From assembly GCF_036321535.1 (NCBI RefSeq), contig NC_087447.1, forward strand, positions 32,862,001 to 32,926,000: a stretch of 64,000 nucleotides of DNA. The letters run 5' to 3'. This document shows positions 53,766-64,000 of this stretch, piece after piece. The notes beneath the pieces are model-generated. The model was not told where the DNA came from, searched no databases, and saw nothing but the letters and a program-made list of their open reading frames with translations. A program made the translations under genes and the position numbers. Each line of letters begins with the position of its first letter. Position 1 is the stretch's first letter. The stretch comes from Camelus dromedarius (Eukaryota).

Positions 53766-53989
53766 AACAGCAGCCAGGCCTGGATGGATTTAGAACTTGG
53801 AGCTGGCTCACCTGGGGGGCTCACTGAGCCATGTCCTCAGAGTCATTTTCTCAACCTTGTCATGAAGTAACCTTGCATTTCACACCATTTAATATTTTAG
53901 GCCCACTTTCTCCAATGCACGAGTTTTATTACAGTATTTAGATTTCTTATGGAAGCTTTCAATTATATTACATTCCCTATTAGATCTAG

Positions 53990-54430
53990 ACCCCACTTAC
54001 CCTTTTTCTCAGCCCACACAGCCCTCTCCTGAGCCCACTTATTCTGACACTCACTGCGTGGCCTTCTCAAATCCATCGTCAATCTTAGAGACTTTGCACG
54101 AGCTGTTTCCTCTTCCTAGAATGTTCACGATATATGCATCCGGCTCCTTCTATTACTCAGGTCTCAGCTCAAATGCTACCATCACAAAGAACCCTTCCTT
54201 GACCACCACTGCTGAAGTAGCTTCATGTCTGCAGTCTCTCCCCACTCCATGAAGCCTTCTTTCCTTCATAGCACTGACATGATCTGGTACATACGTTCGT
54301 GTTTTGTCTCTTTTTCTCCACCAGAGTATAAGCATGCGAGGGCAGGGCCCTTTCTGCCTTGTCACCACCGTGTCCCCACAGCATTCTAGATGGCTGGTGG
54401 TGAGAATGGTAAGTTCGTTTGGAATGCTTC
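53990..54430 (+). mobile_element. L2 LINE 3' region
   Basis: ctcaggtctcagctcaaatg, gtataagcatgcgagggcagggcc, caccgtgtccccacagcattctaga. Confidence 0.75.
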
Positions 54431-54589
54431 GTGGCATCACTGTCGGAGCCCTGCGGGGCCAAAGACACTAAGCCGAAAAGGAACTCTACAGGGAAAGCAC
54501 AAATAAGAAAGCTGTTGGAAACCAGGGTGAGTTGGAGAAAGGAAGAGATTATTCCAGTGAATACCACTGCCAGAATTACTAGGGATAAC

Positions 54590-54850
54590 AATAATAACAG
54601 TGATGAGTAACAAGCAGGACACACTCAGCGCTGACTCTGCCAAGCAGGCTCCCAAGCTCTCTGCGGGGGGTCAGTGAACGTAATCCTCTCAACAACCTGA
54701 CCGCACAGATACTATCATTATCCCTATTTAACGGATGAGGCAATAGAGGCTCAGAGAAATTATGTAACTTGCCTGAGATCACACAGCTAGAAAACAAAGG
54801 AGGTGAGATATTGACCAGGATAATCTGTTTCCATTCTCTTAACTGGTACT
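54590..54850 (-). mobile_element. MIR SINE
   Basis: taatcctctcaacaacc...gatgaggcaatagaggctcagagaaattatgtaacttgcctgagatcacacagctag. Confidence 0.8.
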
Positions 54851-55869
54851 TCAAATCAAATCATGGAAATAGCAGACACTCATAGAAGTCATTCTTAAAA
54901 GAAAGAGAAAGAAAAGCCAAGGACACCGTAGCTGGGAGAGACAGGTACAAGCAACTAGTCAAGAGAAGGCAGGTCACACGGTAAAGGGGACGATCACATT
55001 CAGGTGGTCAAAAGGGCAACAGATATAAAGCAAGAGGGGTTTGGTGGGGGTGAGTAGGACTCCTGAGAGGGTTCACGAGCTGAGTTTGGGGGAAAAGGTC
55101 TCACGCCACAGGTGTCATGTTTTCATGCACCACGAATGAACACCACGACCTCAGCACATCCTGCCAGGCTGGATCGCGACATCTGGGCAGATCTGGGCCA
55201 GGGCAAACACCCTGCAATTTGTTCCCACACACTGTGGCTAGGTTTAACCCTCAACCTCTGCTTACACCCCAGCCCAACCAAAGCATGTGTGGGAAGGAGG
55301 GTAAGGATGGACACCAACGAAAAAGGCGAGACTGAGCTCTCCTTCCTGCTTCTACACGATTCAAATCAAGGCCAGAAACGGGAATTTGTCCTGTTCTGCT
55401 GTAAGATGCTTTACAAATTCCAGAGAGCACGTTTAAATTGCACTTGAAGCCGATGCTCCACTCCAGCATGGTTATTTATGGTGTTTATTGAACACAGCCA
55501 CTGTTCCCTGCCTCTCTGCACATTTATAAATACAGTTTCTAAAAAACATCCATTATGGCTTATGATCTATAATTAGAAACAAGATGTGACCAGCCGTGCA
55601 TTCACCAACGTTACAGAATCATGTAAAGTCATCCTGGCCCCTCCTGGAGGGCTGAAGAGGCCGTCACTCAGCACAAGTGCCCAAGGTGTTAATCAGGCCT
55701 CAGTCCCTGGGCTTGCCAGCAAGACTCAGTTCAGTGGTTAGCACTGTGAACATGCATTCACTGCCTCTCCTAAGAGAACAAACCCAAGGATTAAGGATAA
55801 AATCTGCAGTGCCAGTCCTCAGAAGTTTCAGAATTAACTTAAATCATCACGAAGGCAATGAGAATACTA

Positions 55870-57890
55870 ATAATCTTTATTGCTCACCTATACAGATCTT
55901 TATGAAATACTGAAGCAATCCAAAAAAGTGTAAAAGTGAATGCCGGAAAAGCACCAACACCCACCACCCCATGAAAAGGACAGACAATTACGCACACCGT
56001 TGAGGAGCGCTCTGTGTGCCCACCTGGTCAAACCTTACTAGGATTAACCAGCACTCTGCCTAGAGCTTGGTCATTCCCAGGACTTTGTTATGTATGAATC
56101 CCTCAACAATGAACGGCGTTCTTCCGCATTTTAAAATGATATCAATGGCATAAGGCTACACACACATTTTGTAACTTCCTTTCTTCAACTCAACCTTGTT
56201 TTGACATTTACAAATTTGTTCAATTTCTGTACCATCTATTACAGTATCCTCTCCTGGACAGAAATTTGGTTCCCGTTATTTTTGCAATCATAATCAATGA
56301 AGTTACGAACATTCGCATCAGTGTATTCTTGTAAGTCAGAGAGTATGCGCACAGGGATCTTTACGAGAGCACAATTCTCCAAAGAGCTTGTAAGTTAATA
56401 CAAATACATGCTCCAGCTGAAAGTGTGCATTTTTTTTCCCTGCAGTTTCATGTCTTTGTCAATACTCGGTATTGTCAGAAGTTCTGTTACCATGGTGGGT
56501 GTGGGAGGGTATCTCATAAGGTTTTATTTACACTTCTCAGATTAGTAATGAAACTCATATTTCCATATGCTTCTTGATTTTTCTTATTTCTGTAAGTTCG
56601 GTATATCATTCTGTCCATTTTATTTGTTTTCCTTTTTTCATATAGATTTTTAAGTTACTTACATATTCTATACATTACCTTTGTTGGTTTATACCTGTTG
56701 CGAGTATCTTATTTCCAGTTTTATAGCTTATATTTTCATCTTTTTTCGAAGGCTGTTTCTTTGATGAATAGAACTTAATTTATGCTAATGTAGAAAGATC
56801 CCCAATCTTTTCTTTGTGTTTTTTAAGGGGTTGTTTCTACTGATTCACCATTAAATGTGAAGCTTGCTCTAGGTTTTTAGTACAAATCCCACAGTTGCTA
56901 AGATTTTTTTCTTAAACACAGTGCATGGATTTTATTGAAAGCTTTTTTATGTGGAATTATTCTATATATTTCTTTCCTTGCATCATTTAATGTAATGAAT
57001 TATATTGAAAAGTCGGTACTGTTAAACCATTCTTGAATCTCTAGGATAAAAGTAACCTATTCATGATATTTAAAAAAATAATAATGATAATTTTAATGTT
57101 GCTTTCCTTGTATTTCCTCTGAAAAGAATTTTTTATATAAGTGACATAAGACTGTGATTTGCCTTTATTAAATTGATTCTGACTAGTTTGATAACAAATT
57201 TATACTACCTATACTACCGATAGTAAATGAAATTGGGAAGTATTGCCCTGTTCTGATTCTGTGAGATACTTTGTAAAGACCAGTCCTTTGCATCCTGGAT
57301 GTTCAGCTGACCTTTTGCCCAGTCAAGCCCACGCTTGGGCGTCAAGTGTCCACGTGTACGGTTGCATGAGTATAAAATTCTCACTAAATGAAAAATTTAC
57401 CTGTTAAGTATCTACTAGATTTTTAAAATTTCCTCTTGGTTCAGTTTTGGTAAATTATGTTTCTTCATCAAAGTTTTCAAATTTTAAGATAAAAAATATC
57501 TTTTCATTTTAAGAAGTATTTGTTATGTCTATACTTCAGTCCTCTTTTTATTTCTAATAACGACTGTTTGTGCCTTGACTCTACTCTCCGTGATTAATGC
57601 CAGTAGAGCTTTGTTTACAGAACGAATCTTTCAAAGAACTAACTTCAGCTTCTGATGATCCTCAAATTTCTGTTCTCATTTGGTTTATTTTTGTTATCAC
57701 CTTTAGTTTTTAATCCCTTTGATTCACTCTCTTTGTTTTATTCCGAAGTTCTTTTTGCTAACTTCGTAAGTTGCATGCTTTTATCATTAATTTTAGCCTT
57801 TCTTCTATTCTCACAAAAGATTCGAGGTACCCCAGAAAAACAATTTAAGCTGTATTCAGCAAATATAATCCCATATTTTAACTTCTAAAA
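55870..57890 (-). mobile_element. Ancient LINE-1 (L1ME-type) fragments
   Basis: T-rich reverse L1 3' and ORF2 motifs (tttcttcaactcaac, gattagtaatgaa, tttgatgaatagaac, gttaaaccattcttgaat, tcaaagaactaactt). Confidence 0.65.
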
Positions 57891-59439
57891 TATCTGTTGG
57901 GATCCAACAACTGTATTTTCTGAAACCCTTGCGCATGTTATTCTGTTATCATTTTTCTGATTCCCATTCATATTATTTAGAGATTCTGAATAAAAGATTG
58001 AGGTCAATGGAGCTACACCTGGAAACCCACTGAGACCTGAGTCTGGCCACATGGGCCAGGAGGGTTACTTTTTTAAAAAAAACTTCGTTATTTATTTCAT
58101 AGTCAGGTTCTCCCAGCTCACAAAGTAATATAAATCTAATTTTTCCTGCAATGTTTTTATGTGAAGGGATGACATTTAATGAGGAAACAAAACCCTGTTT
58201 AAAAAACTGAAGGTGCATTTTGTTCATAATGTCTCAGGCCTTGAGATGGAAAGAGTTCAGCAGTCTTGAGCTTGAATCCTGACTTTGCTTCTTCCAAGTG
58301 TGACCATGAAAAAATTTCTTACTTTTGTTAGAGTGTGAGCCTGATTCTTTGTGTCTAAAAAATACGTGGAATATAACACATGGCTAAAGATTAAATACAC
58401 ACAGAATGAACCCACCTAACAGAGTGCACAGAAAATAATGTAGATTCAATATACGATGTGATCAGCCCTGTCTTTTGTCTTCCATTTCCTTCCCCAAGCA
58501 AGACAGAATGAGAGCTCAGCAAATGAAAGGATCCCCTCGTCTACTGTCTGTCTGGCCATGTTTCTAAAACCATGGCATCTATTCACCAAATACTTACCGA
58601 CTGCCTCCCACATGCTGGCAGTGACAATCAGGGTTACGTGGTGGGAAACTCACGGTGAGTCTAACATCTGTCTCTAGGGGTTGGGAACTTAATGGACGCA
58701 GGTTGCTAGATGTTTTGAGATAATAATCATCACTATTCTGTGTGCTTTGCATATGTTATCTTCTTTAAAGCCTCCATCAACTGCGTAAAGTGTCTGCCCC
58801 ATTCCTGATGCGGGAGCAGAAGTCCCAAAGCACACATCCAAGCTGGATTAAAGCCCAGGTCATTCTACTCCAGATCCTACTTCAAAAGTCTTAAACAGTG
58901 GCTCCTACTCAGAGTACAGTCCTTAGACTGTAGTGTTTTCTTAAGTGCCTTGGGATCAGTTAGGCCAGAAAGTCGTAAACATGCTATCCCAAACATGGCT
59001 GAGCACCGTGATTTGGGGGGAGGGGGGCCTGTGAGTTGTTGGGCGAATTGGGCACTGCTGTGTTGAAGGCAGCCGTGCCGTGATTCTGCAATTCCAGATC
59101 ACCACTGTCAGCCTGCTTGAAGTGTTCTGAGAATATCAGAACAAACTCATAAATTTGCAAATGGCCACCATGTTGATAATTCTTTTAAGCATAATCCAAC
59201 TGACTATGGGTGTTGAACTTTCTTAAAAAATACTATTTTTCAATAGCACACCTCATTTACAGAAATATATTTTAACATATGCACCAGCATATTTTTTTTA
59301 AATCATCTTCAGCCTGTTTTGTCATGTTAGGATATTCGTATTGTAAGAGTCTGACATGCTGGTGGCCCTGAACTAACCAGATGGTTTTGGGGATTTCTTT
59401 GTCTGCCTCTAAGGGAAAACTCAGAATTCCAACCTTTAT

Positions 59440-60020
59440 TCAGTCATCAATCATTTATAGAAAGGCTACTGTGAGTAAGAACAAGGCATAGAAGATATAT
59501 TACATAAAGCCACAGTCCCCAAACTCGAGATTTCATAGTGCAGTTGAGGGAAAATAAACAGATAATTGCACATTCTAAGTGCTGAAGTGAGGGGATGAAT
59601 CAAGGTGTTTCAGAAGAGGAGGAGGAGAGCTACTGTTGGACAGAGATGAGAATGAGAGACGAGATGTCTAAGCTGAGCCTTGAAAGGCAAGCAGAATTTC
59701 ACCGGATGGAGGTAAGAGGGCATCACAGGTCCAGGAAATACCACAGAAACACTGAGGTGCTCGGAGCGGCTGAAGCACAGGGCTTAGGGAAGAGTGAGCT
59801 GAGGAAGAGATGAGTTTATAAGGTAAGCTGGGATTCCTCTACGAAAGTCCTTAATTTAAGTCTTGCTTATGTTTAGTGGGAAATCACCCAAAGGCTTTGC
59901 AGCAGAACGTGACATAATTACATTCCTATTTTGAAAAGAAGACTCTGCAGACACGGGTTAGCAAAGATTGGAGGAGGATTGGTTAGAAACAGGAAAATCA
60001 CTTGGAGGTCCTGGAAGAGG
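59440..60020 (-). mobile_element. L2 LINE fragment
   Basis: tctaagctgagccttgaaagg, ggctttgcagcagaacgtgacataat...ttttgaaaagaagactctg. Confidence 0.6.
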
Positions 60021-60599
60021 GGCAGTCTTCCCACCAGGTGACATCCCAAGGTCTGTATGACAAGGAAGTTTTATCTCATTTACTGAGACATTTTGATGAT
60101 TTTTTTAAAAATATTTTTTTATGAAAAATGTTACATCTGAATCCCGTCACACTGAAACGATCAAAGCAAGAGATACCAAGGATAATAGCAGCAGAGTCTG
60201 CAGAGAAGAGAGCCTGCAAAGTGGAATCAGCAGGGTGTGGTGACAGCCTGGGGATGAGACAGGACTGAGATGCTGATCATGACTGTGGACTCTCTGCTTC
60301 GAGCCAGTGAATGGGTGAGTTTTAAATAAATACACACTCACTGAAATTAAAACTGGCCTCTATCCTCTCTGGAAGCCAGAGGAAAGAGCAGGAAAATGAC
60401 CAAGCCTACACGACGACCGGGGGAAAAATAGGAATAGAGAGAATTAGCAATTTAAAACCAAGTTTCCCAAAGCTTATTACAGGTACATCGTGATAAGCAT
60501 TGAGTTAATTAAGGCAAGAATTACAAAGGCACCCTGCAAGTTTATTCCATTATGCACAAAAATTGGAGTCAGATGGTAGAAGATGCTGTGTAAGTACTT

Positions 60600-60800
60600 G
60601 AAAGTAAACAGGCCTGATCAAAAGACATGAGTTCCAGCTCCTGCCCCACTGTTGACTCATCTCTCTGAGCTTCTGCTTCTGTAGCAAGAACATGAAATAA
60701 TAACCCCTGCGTGGTGCTGATGCGAGGATCAAATGAGATAATGGATGTGAGTGCGCCTGCGAACTACAAAGCCCTTGACAAGCATGAGGTATTATTATGA
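60600..60800 (+). mobile_element. MIR SINE
   Basis: gagttccagctcctgcc...ctctctgagcttctgcttct...gcgaggatcaaatgagataatggatgtga. Confidence 0.75.
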
Positions 60801-61550
60801 TGGTATTATCACAATAAAAGGTAAATGTGCTTGGAGAAAAGCACCCTAGCTTCCAATTACTTTGTCAAAATATTTATTGAACACCTATGTGCCAGCCTGC
60901 TGCTCTGAGCCCTGGAGGACGGACAAGGGCCCTGCTCTCACAAAGCTCTCAAGGAGCCAGCATTCTCACATGAGACTGAGAAAGTCACAAGTTATTCAAG
61001 ATGCCTTTGGCAAGCAAAAAAAAATCCCCGTTGGGAAGTTCCTGGATCCAGCACTAGGCCAGGCTGACACGTTCAAGCCTCTCAGTGACGTCACAGTGCT
61101 CATCAGCTCTAAGCTGGCATCAAGGAAGGATGTGGAGGTGAAGGGAATTCAAGGATCAATTATTAGATGCCAAAAAAATAGAAAAAGAAGCCAGTGTCAC
61201 AGCCATGAAACAGAATTCAAAATTGAAGGCTAGCCTGGACCAGTCAAGAACCAGCATATGGAGACTCAGGGAAAACGAGGCACAGTCTGAGTTAAATATT
61301 ATTTGTAGGGTCTAACTTTGTAGATTTGAAGACTAGATTTGCACTCAGCTGCTCAAGTTGAGAAGCAATGCAGTTGTTATCTGTTCCCTCGGAGTCCCTC
61401 AGAAAGGATCTGGGCACAGGAAGGGACCAACCTCAGCCTTGTAATCAACACGCCACAGTCTGCCTGGCCAGCCCTTTCCCCTAACTCGCCAGACGGATGT
61501 GAAACTGTCGTCTGGGCTGCAAATGTCAGTCTTGGTGTGGATGCATCCTC

Positions 61551-61975
61551 CTGGGCTGTCCAATAGAAATATCACATGAGTCATGAGTAACATTTCTAAT
61601 TTCCTGGAAACTACATCGATAAAGTAAAAAGAAAGGACTTAAATTTCAATAATGTATATTTAATTCAATATAGCTAAAATATCATTTCAATGTGCAATCA
61701 TTTATAAAACATGTATTAATGAGTTATTTAGAAACATTGCAAGAAGCCACGGTCACGTTACAACATTGATGATAATATCTTAGCACGATGCAACGATTAA
61801 AGGAACATGTAGTCCTACCAAGACAATAGAGCTGTGCTAAAATATTTCACATTGCTTCAGTTTTAAAACTGTAACCAAATTAAAATTAAAAATTAAGTTG
61901 TTCGGTTGCACTAGCCATATTTCAAGTGTTCAGTGATTGCACGTGCCTAGCGGCTACCACTTCGGACAGCACAAG
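61551..61975. mobile_element. MER33/Charlie1-type hAT non-autonomous element
   Basis: Inverted termini ctgggctgtccaa / ttcggacagcac; internal gcactagccatatttcaagtg..ctagcggctacc. Confidence 0.7.
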
Positions 61976-62344
61976 TCCAGAGTTTACAAGAAGTATGAGA
62001 ACTTCAAGGGAGCTTACAGATCATCAGATTCAATCCCTAATTTACATATGCTTAGGACGAGGGACGAAGGCAGCAGACCAAGTATCATGCTCTACATTGG
62101 CCCAAGTTGTATGGTTGTGCTTTAAAATAACTTTAAGGAGGATTATTTTTGCCGCTTCACATCTGAGGAATCTGAGGCTCATACAGATAGGAGGATTTAC
62201 CCAAGATACATGGCAAAGGAATGATACAACAGGGCTCAAATCCAGAACTCCCAATTATTCCTGTTACTGAGAAACACGCAGTCATCGCTCAGGATCAGCA
62301 GCAAACTGGCTCTAGGATAGATGCTCAGGTCCCTCATGTAAGAG

Positions 62345-62722
62345 TTGCAGCAACACAGCCCTAGAGACCATCATACAAGTGAAGTAAGTCAGACAGAGAA
62401 AGATGAATATTATATGATATCACTTATATGTGGAATATAAAAAAGTGAATTTATATATGAAACAAACAAAATCACAGACATAGAAATCAAACTTAGTGGA
62501 AAGGGAGGGGGAGAGGGATAAATGAGTATGGGATTAACAGATACAAACTACTCTACATAAAATGGACAACAACCAGGATCTGCATAGCACAAGGGGCTAA
62601 AATCAATTATTTGTAATAACCTAAAACGGAAAATAATCTGAAAAAATATACAACTGAATCACTTTGCAGTACACCTGAAATTAATACAATATTGTAAATC
62701 AACTATACTCAAAACAAAAAAA
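62345..62722 (+). mobile_element. 5'-truncated LINE-1 3' end (same 3'UTR type as 28205)
   Basis: aagtgaagtaagtcagacagagaaaga...gggattaacagatacaaactact...tgtaaatcaactatactc, then A-tail. Confidence 0.88.
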
Positions 62723-62729
62723 ATTAATC

Positions 62730-64000
62730 CCAGCTACCTGAAATTAAGAAAGTCTTCTTTCAACAAACTTTGTATCAAAAGAATGTCAGACCTAAAACAG
62801 TCACCTATTCAGAAAACAGTAAAAAGATGAAAGCTTTATTACAAAGCTTGCGGGATATCATCAGAGGAAAAAAATCTGTCTTTAAATGATGAAATTCAGT
62901 CTTTTTAAACAAAAATAACTCTTAAGTGAAACAAGAAATTAGGAGAAGAGTATCAATTTAAATGCTAAAATTGGAGAAATAGAAGTATACCTCAAGTTCT
63001 GGATCTACTGTGTGAAACTGTCAGAAGCCTAATTAAAGACACAAAGAATGAGCAAAAATCAATACAACCAGGAACGGAAAAAGAAGACAAAATCATAGAT
63101 ATTAAAAGATAAAAATAATTCTCTGGGAAAGCATTGACAACTAACTTATAAATCCTTAGAGAATGAATAGTCTTTCAAAAATATTAATTACTATAATTGT
63201 GCCTAAAAGTAAAAATACTGAAAAATGTAGTCAGAAAAGATTGGAAAAGAGAAAAAAAAATAATCTTCAAAGGCATCAAGATCACAAGACTTTATACACA
63301 AGTCTAAGTTTTAACAGACAACTAATAGAACTTAGATGTTTCTGTATTACAGTACAATATGGCAACTCAACAAAGCTAGCATCGTCAGACGTAGATAACG
63401 GATATAACAAAATCATAGACCAAGTCATGTGTGAGAAGAGATGAAAATCTAAATAAAATATTAATATAGTATGCAACATACCAAGAAAAAAAAAGCAACC
63501 CAATTTAAAAATGGAAAGAAGATCTGAACAGGCATTTCTCTAATGAGGAGATACAAATGGCCAACAAGCACATGGAAAAAAACTCAAACATCATCAGACA
63601 TCAAGGAAATGCAAACCAAAACCATCACATGATACACTGTACCCACTAGGACAACTAGAATCAAAAAGTCAGATAACAAGTGCTGGTGATGATGTGGAGA
63701 AATTGCAACATTCAAACATTGCTGGTGGGAATGTAAAATGGGGCAGCCAACTGTACAAAGCAGTTTGGTGGTTATTCAAATAGTTAAACACAGAATTATC
63801 ATATGACCCATCAGTTCCACTGGTAGGTATCCCCCTAAGAAAGTTAAAGATACACACTCAATCAAAAACTTGTACAGAAATATTCTCAGCAACGTTATTC
63901 ATCGTTGCCAAAAAGTGGAACAACCCAAATTCTATTAAGTGATGACTTAAAAAACCAGTATGTTATACGTATACAATAGATTATTATTTTGCTATAGAAA
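62730..64000 (+). mobile_element. Old LINE-1 ORF2 fragments, continuing beyond the window
   Basis: aacccaatttaaaaatgg..gatctgaacaggcatttc..atacaaatggccaacaagcacatg..gaaatgcaaaccaaaacc..ggtgggaatgtaaaatgg. Confidence 0.85.

Noticed and set aside
1..64000. CRISPR arrays, operons, tRNA/rRNA genes, processed pseudogenes
   Set aside because: This is eukaryotic intronic DNA with no repeat-spacer array, no recognisable structural RNA gene and no host-derived retrocopy ORF.

Overview
Mammalian genomic DNA from inside the large NELL1 gene, which runs on the minus strand. Only two coding exons fall in the window: 31838-31978 (141 nt, one calcium-binding EGF-like domain) and 6373-6566 (194 nt, EGF-like domain running into the start of a vWC-type domain). 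From memory these match human exons 16 and 17; they are separated by a 25,271-nt GT-AG intron. The rest is intron filled with transposon relics: LINE-1 of several ages, L2, MIR, L3/CR1, hAT DNA transposons (MER5, MER81, MER33/Charlie1), and ERV1/ERVL/MaLR solo LTRs. I recognise no Alu, B1, BovA/BovB, PRE1, ERE or Can-SINE copy, and the young L1 3' ends resemble camelid L1, so the host is probably a cetartiodactyl, possibly a camelid (inference). Nearly all ORFs in the track are noise or L1 debris, and I found no convincing novel multi-gene system. The best leads are an L1 3' transduction, a twin-primed inverted L1 that can pair with a nearby copy, a candidate 37-nt poison exon, a RUNX/AP-1 motif cluster, a promoter-like CpG patch and a strong CTCF motif. 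Repeat family names come from recognition, not a database search, and repeat boundaries are approximate.
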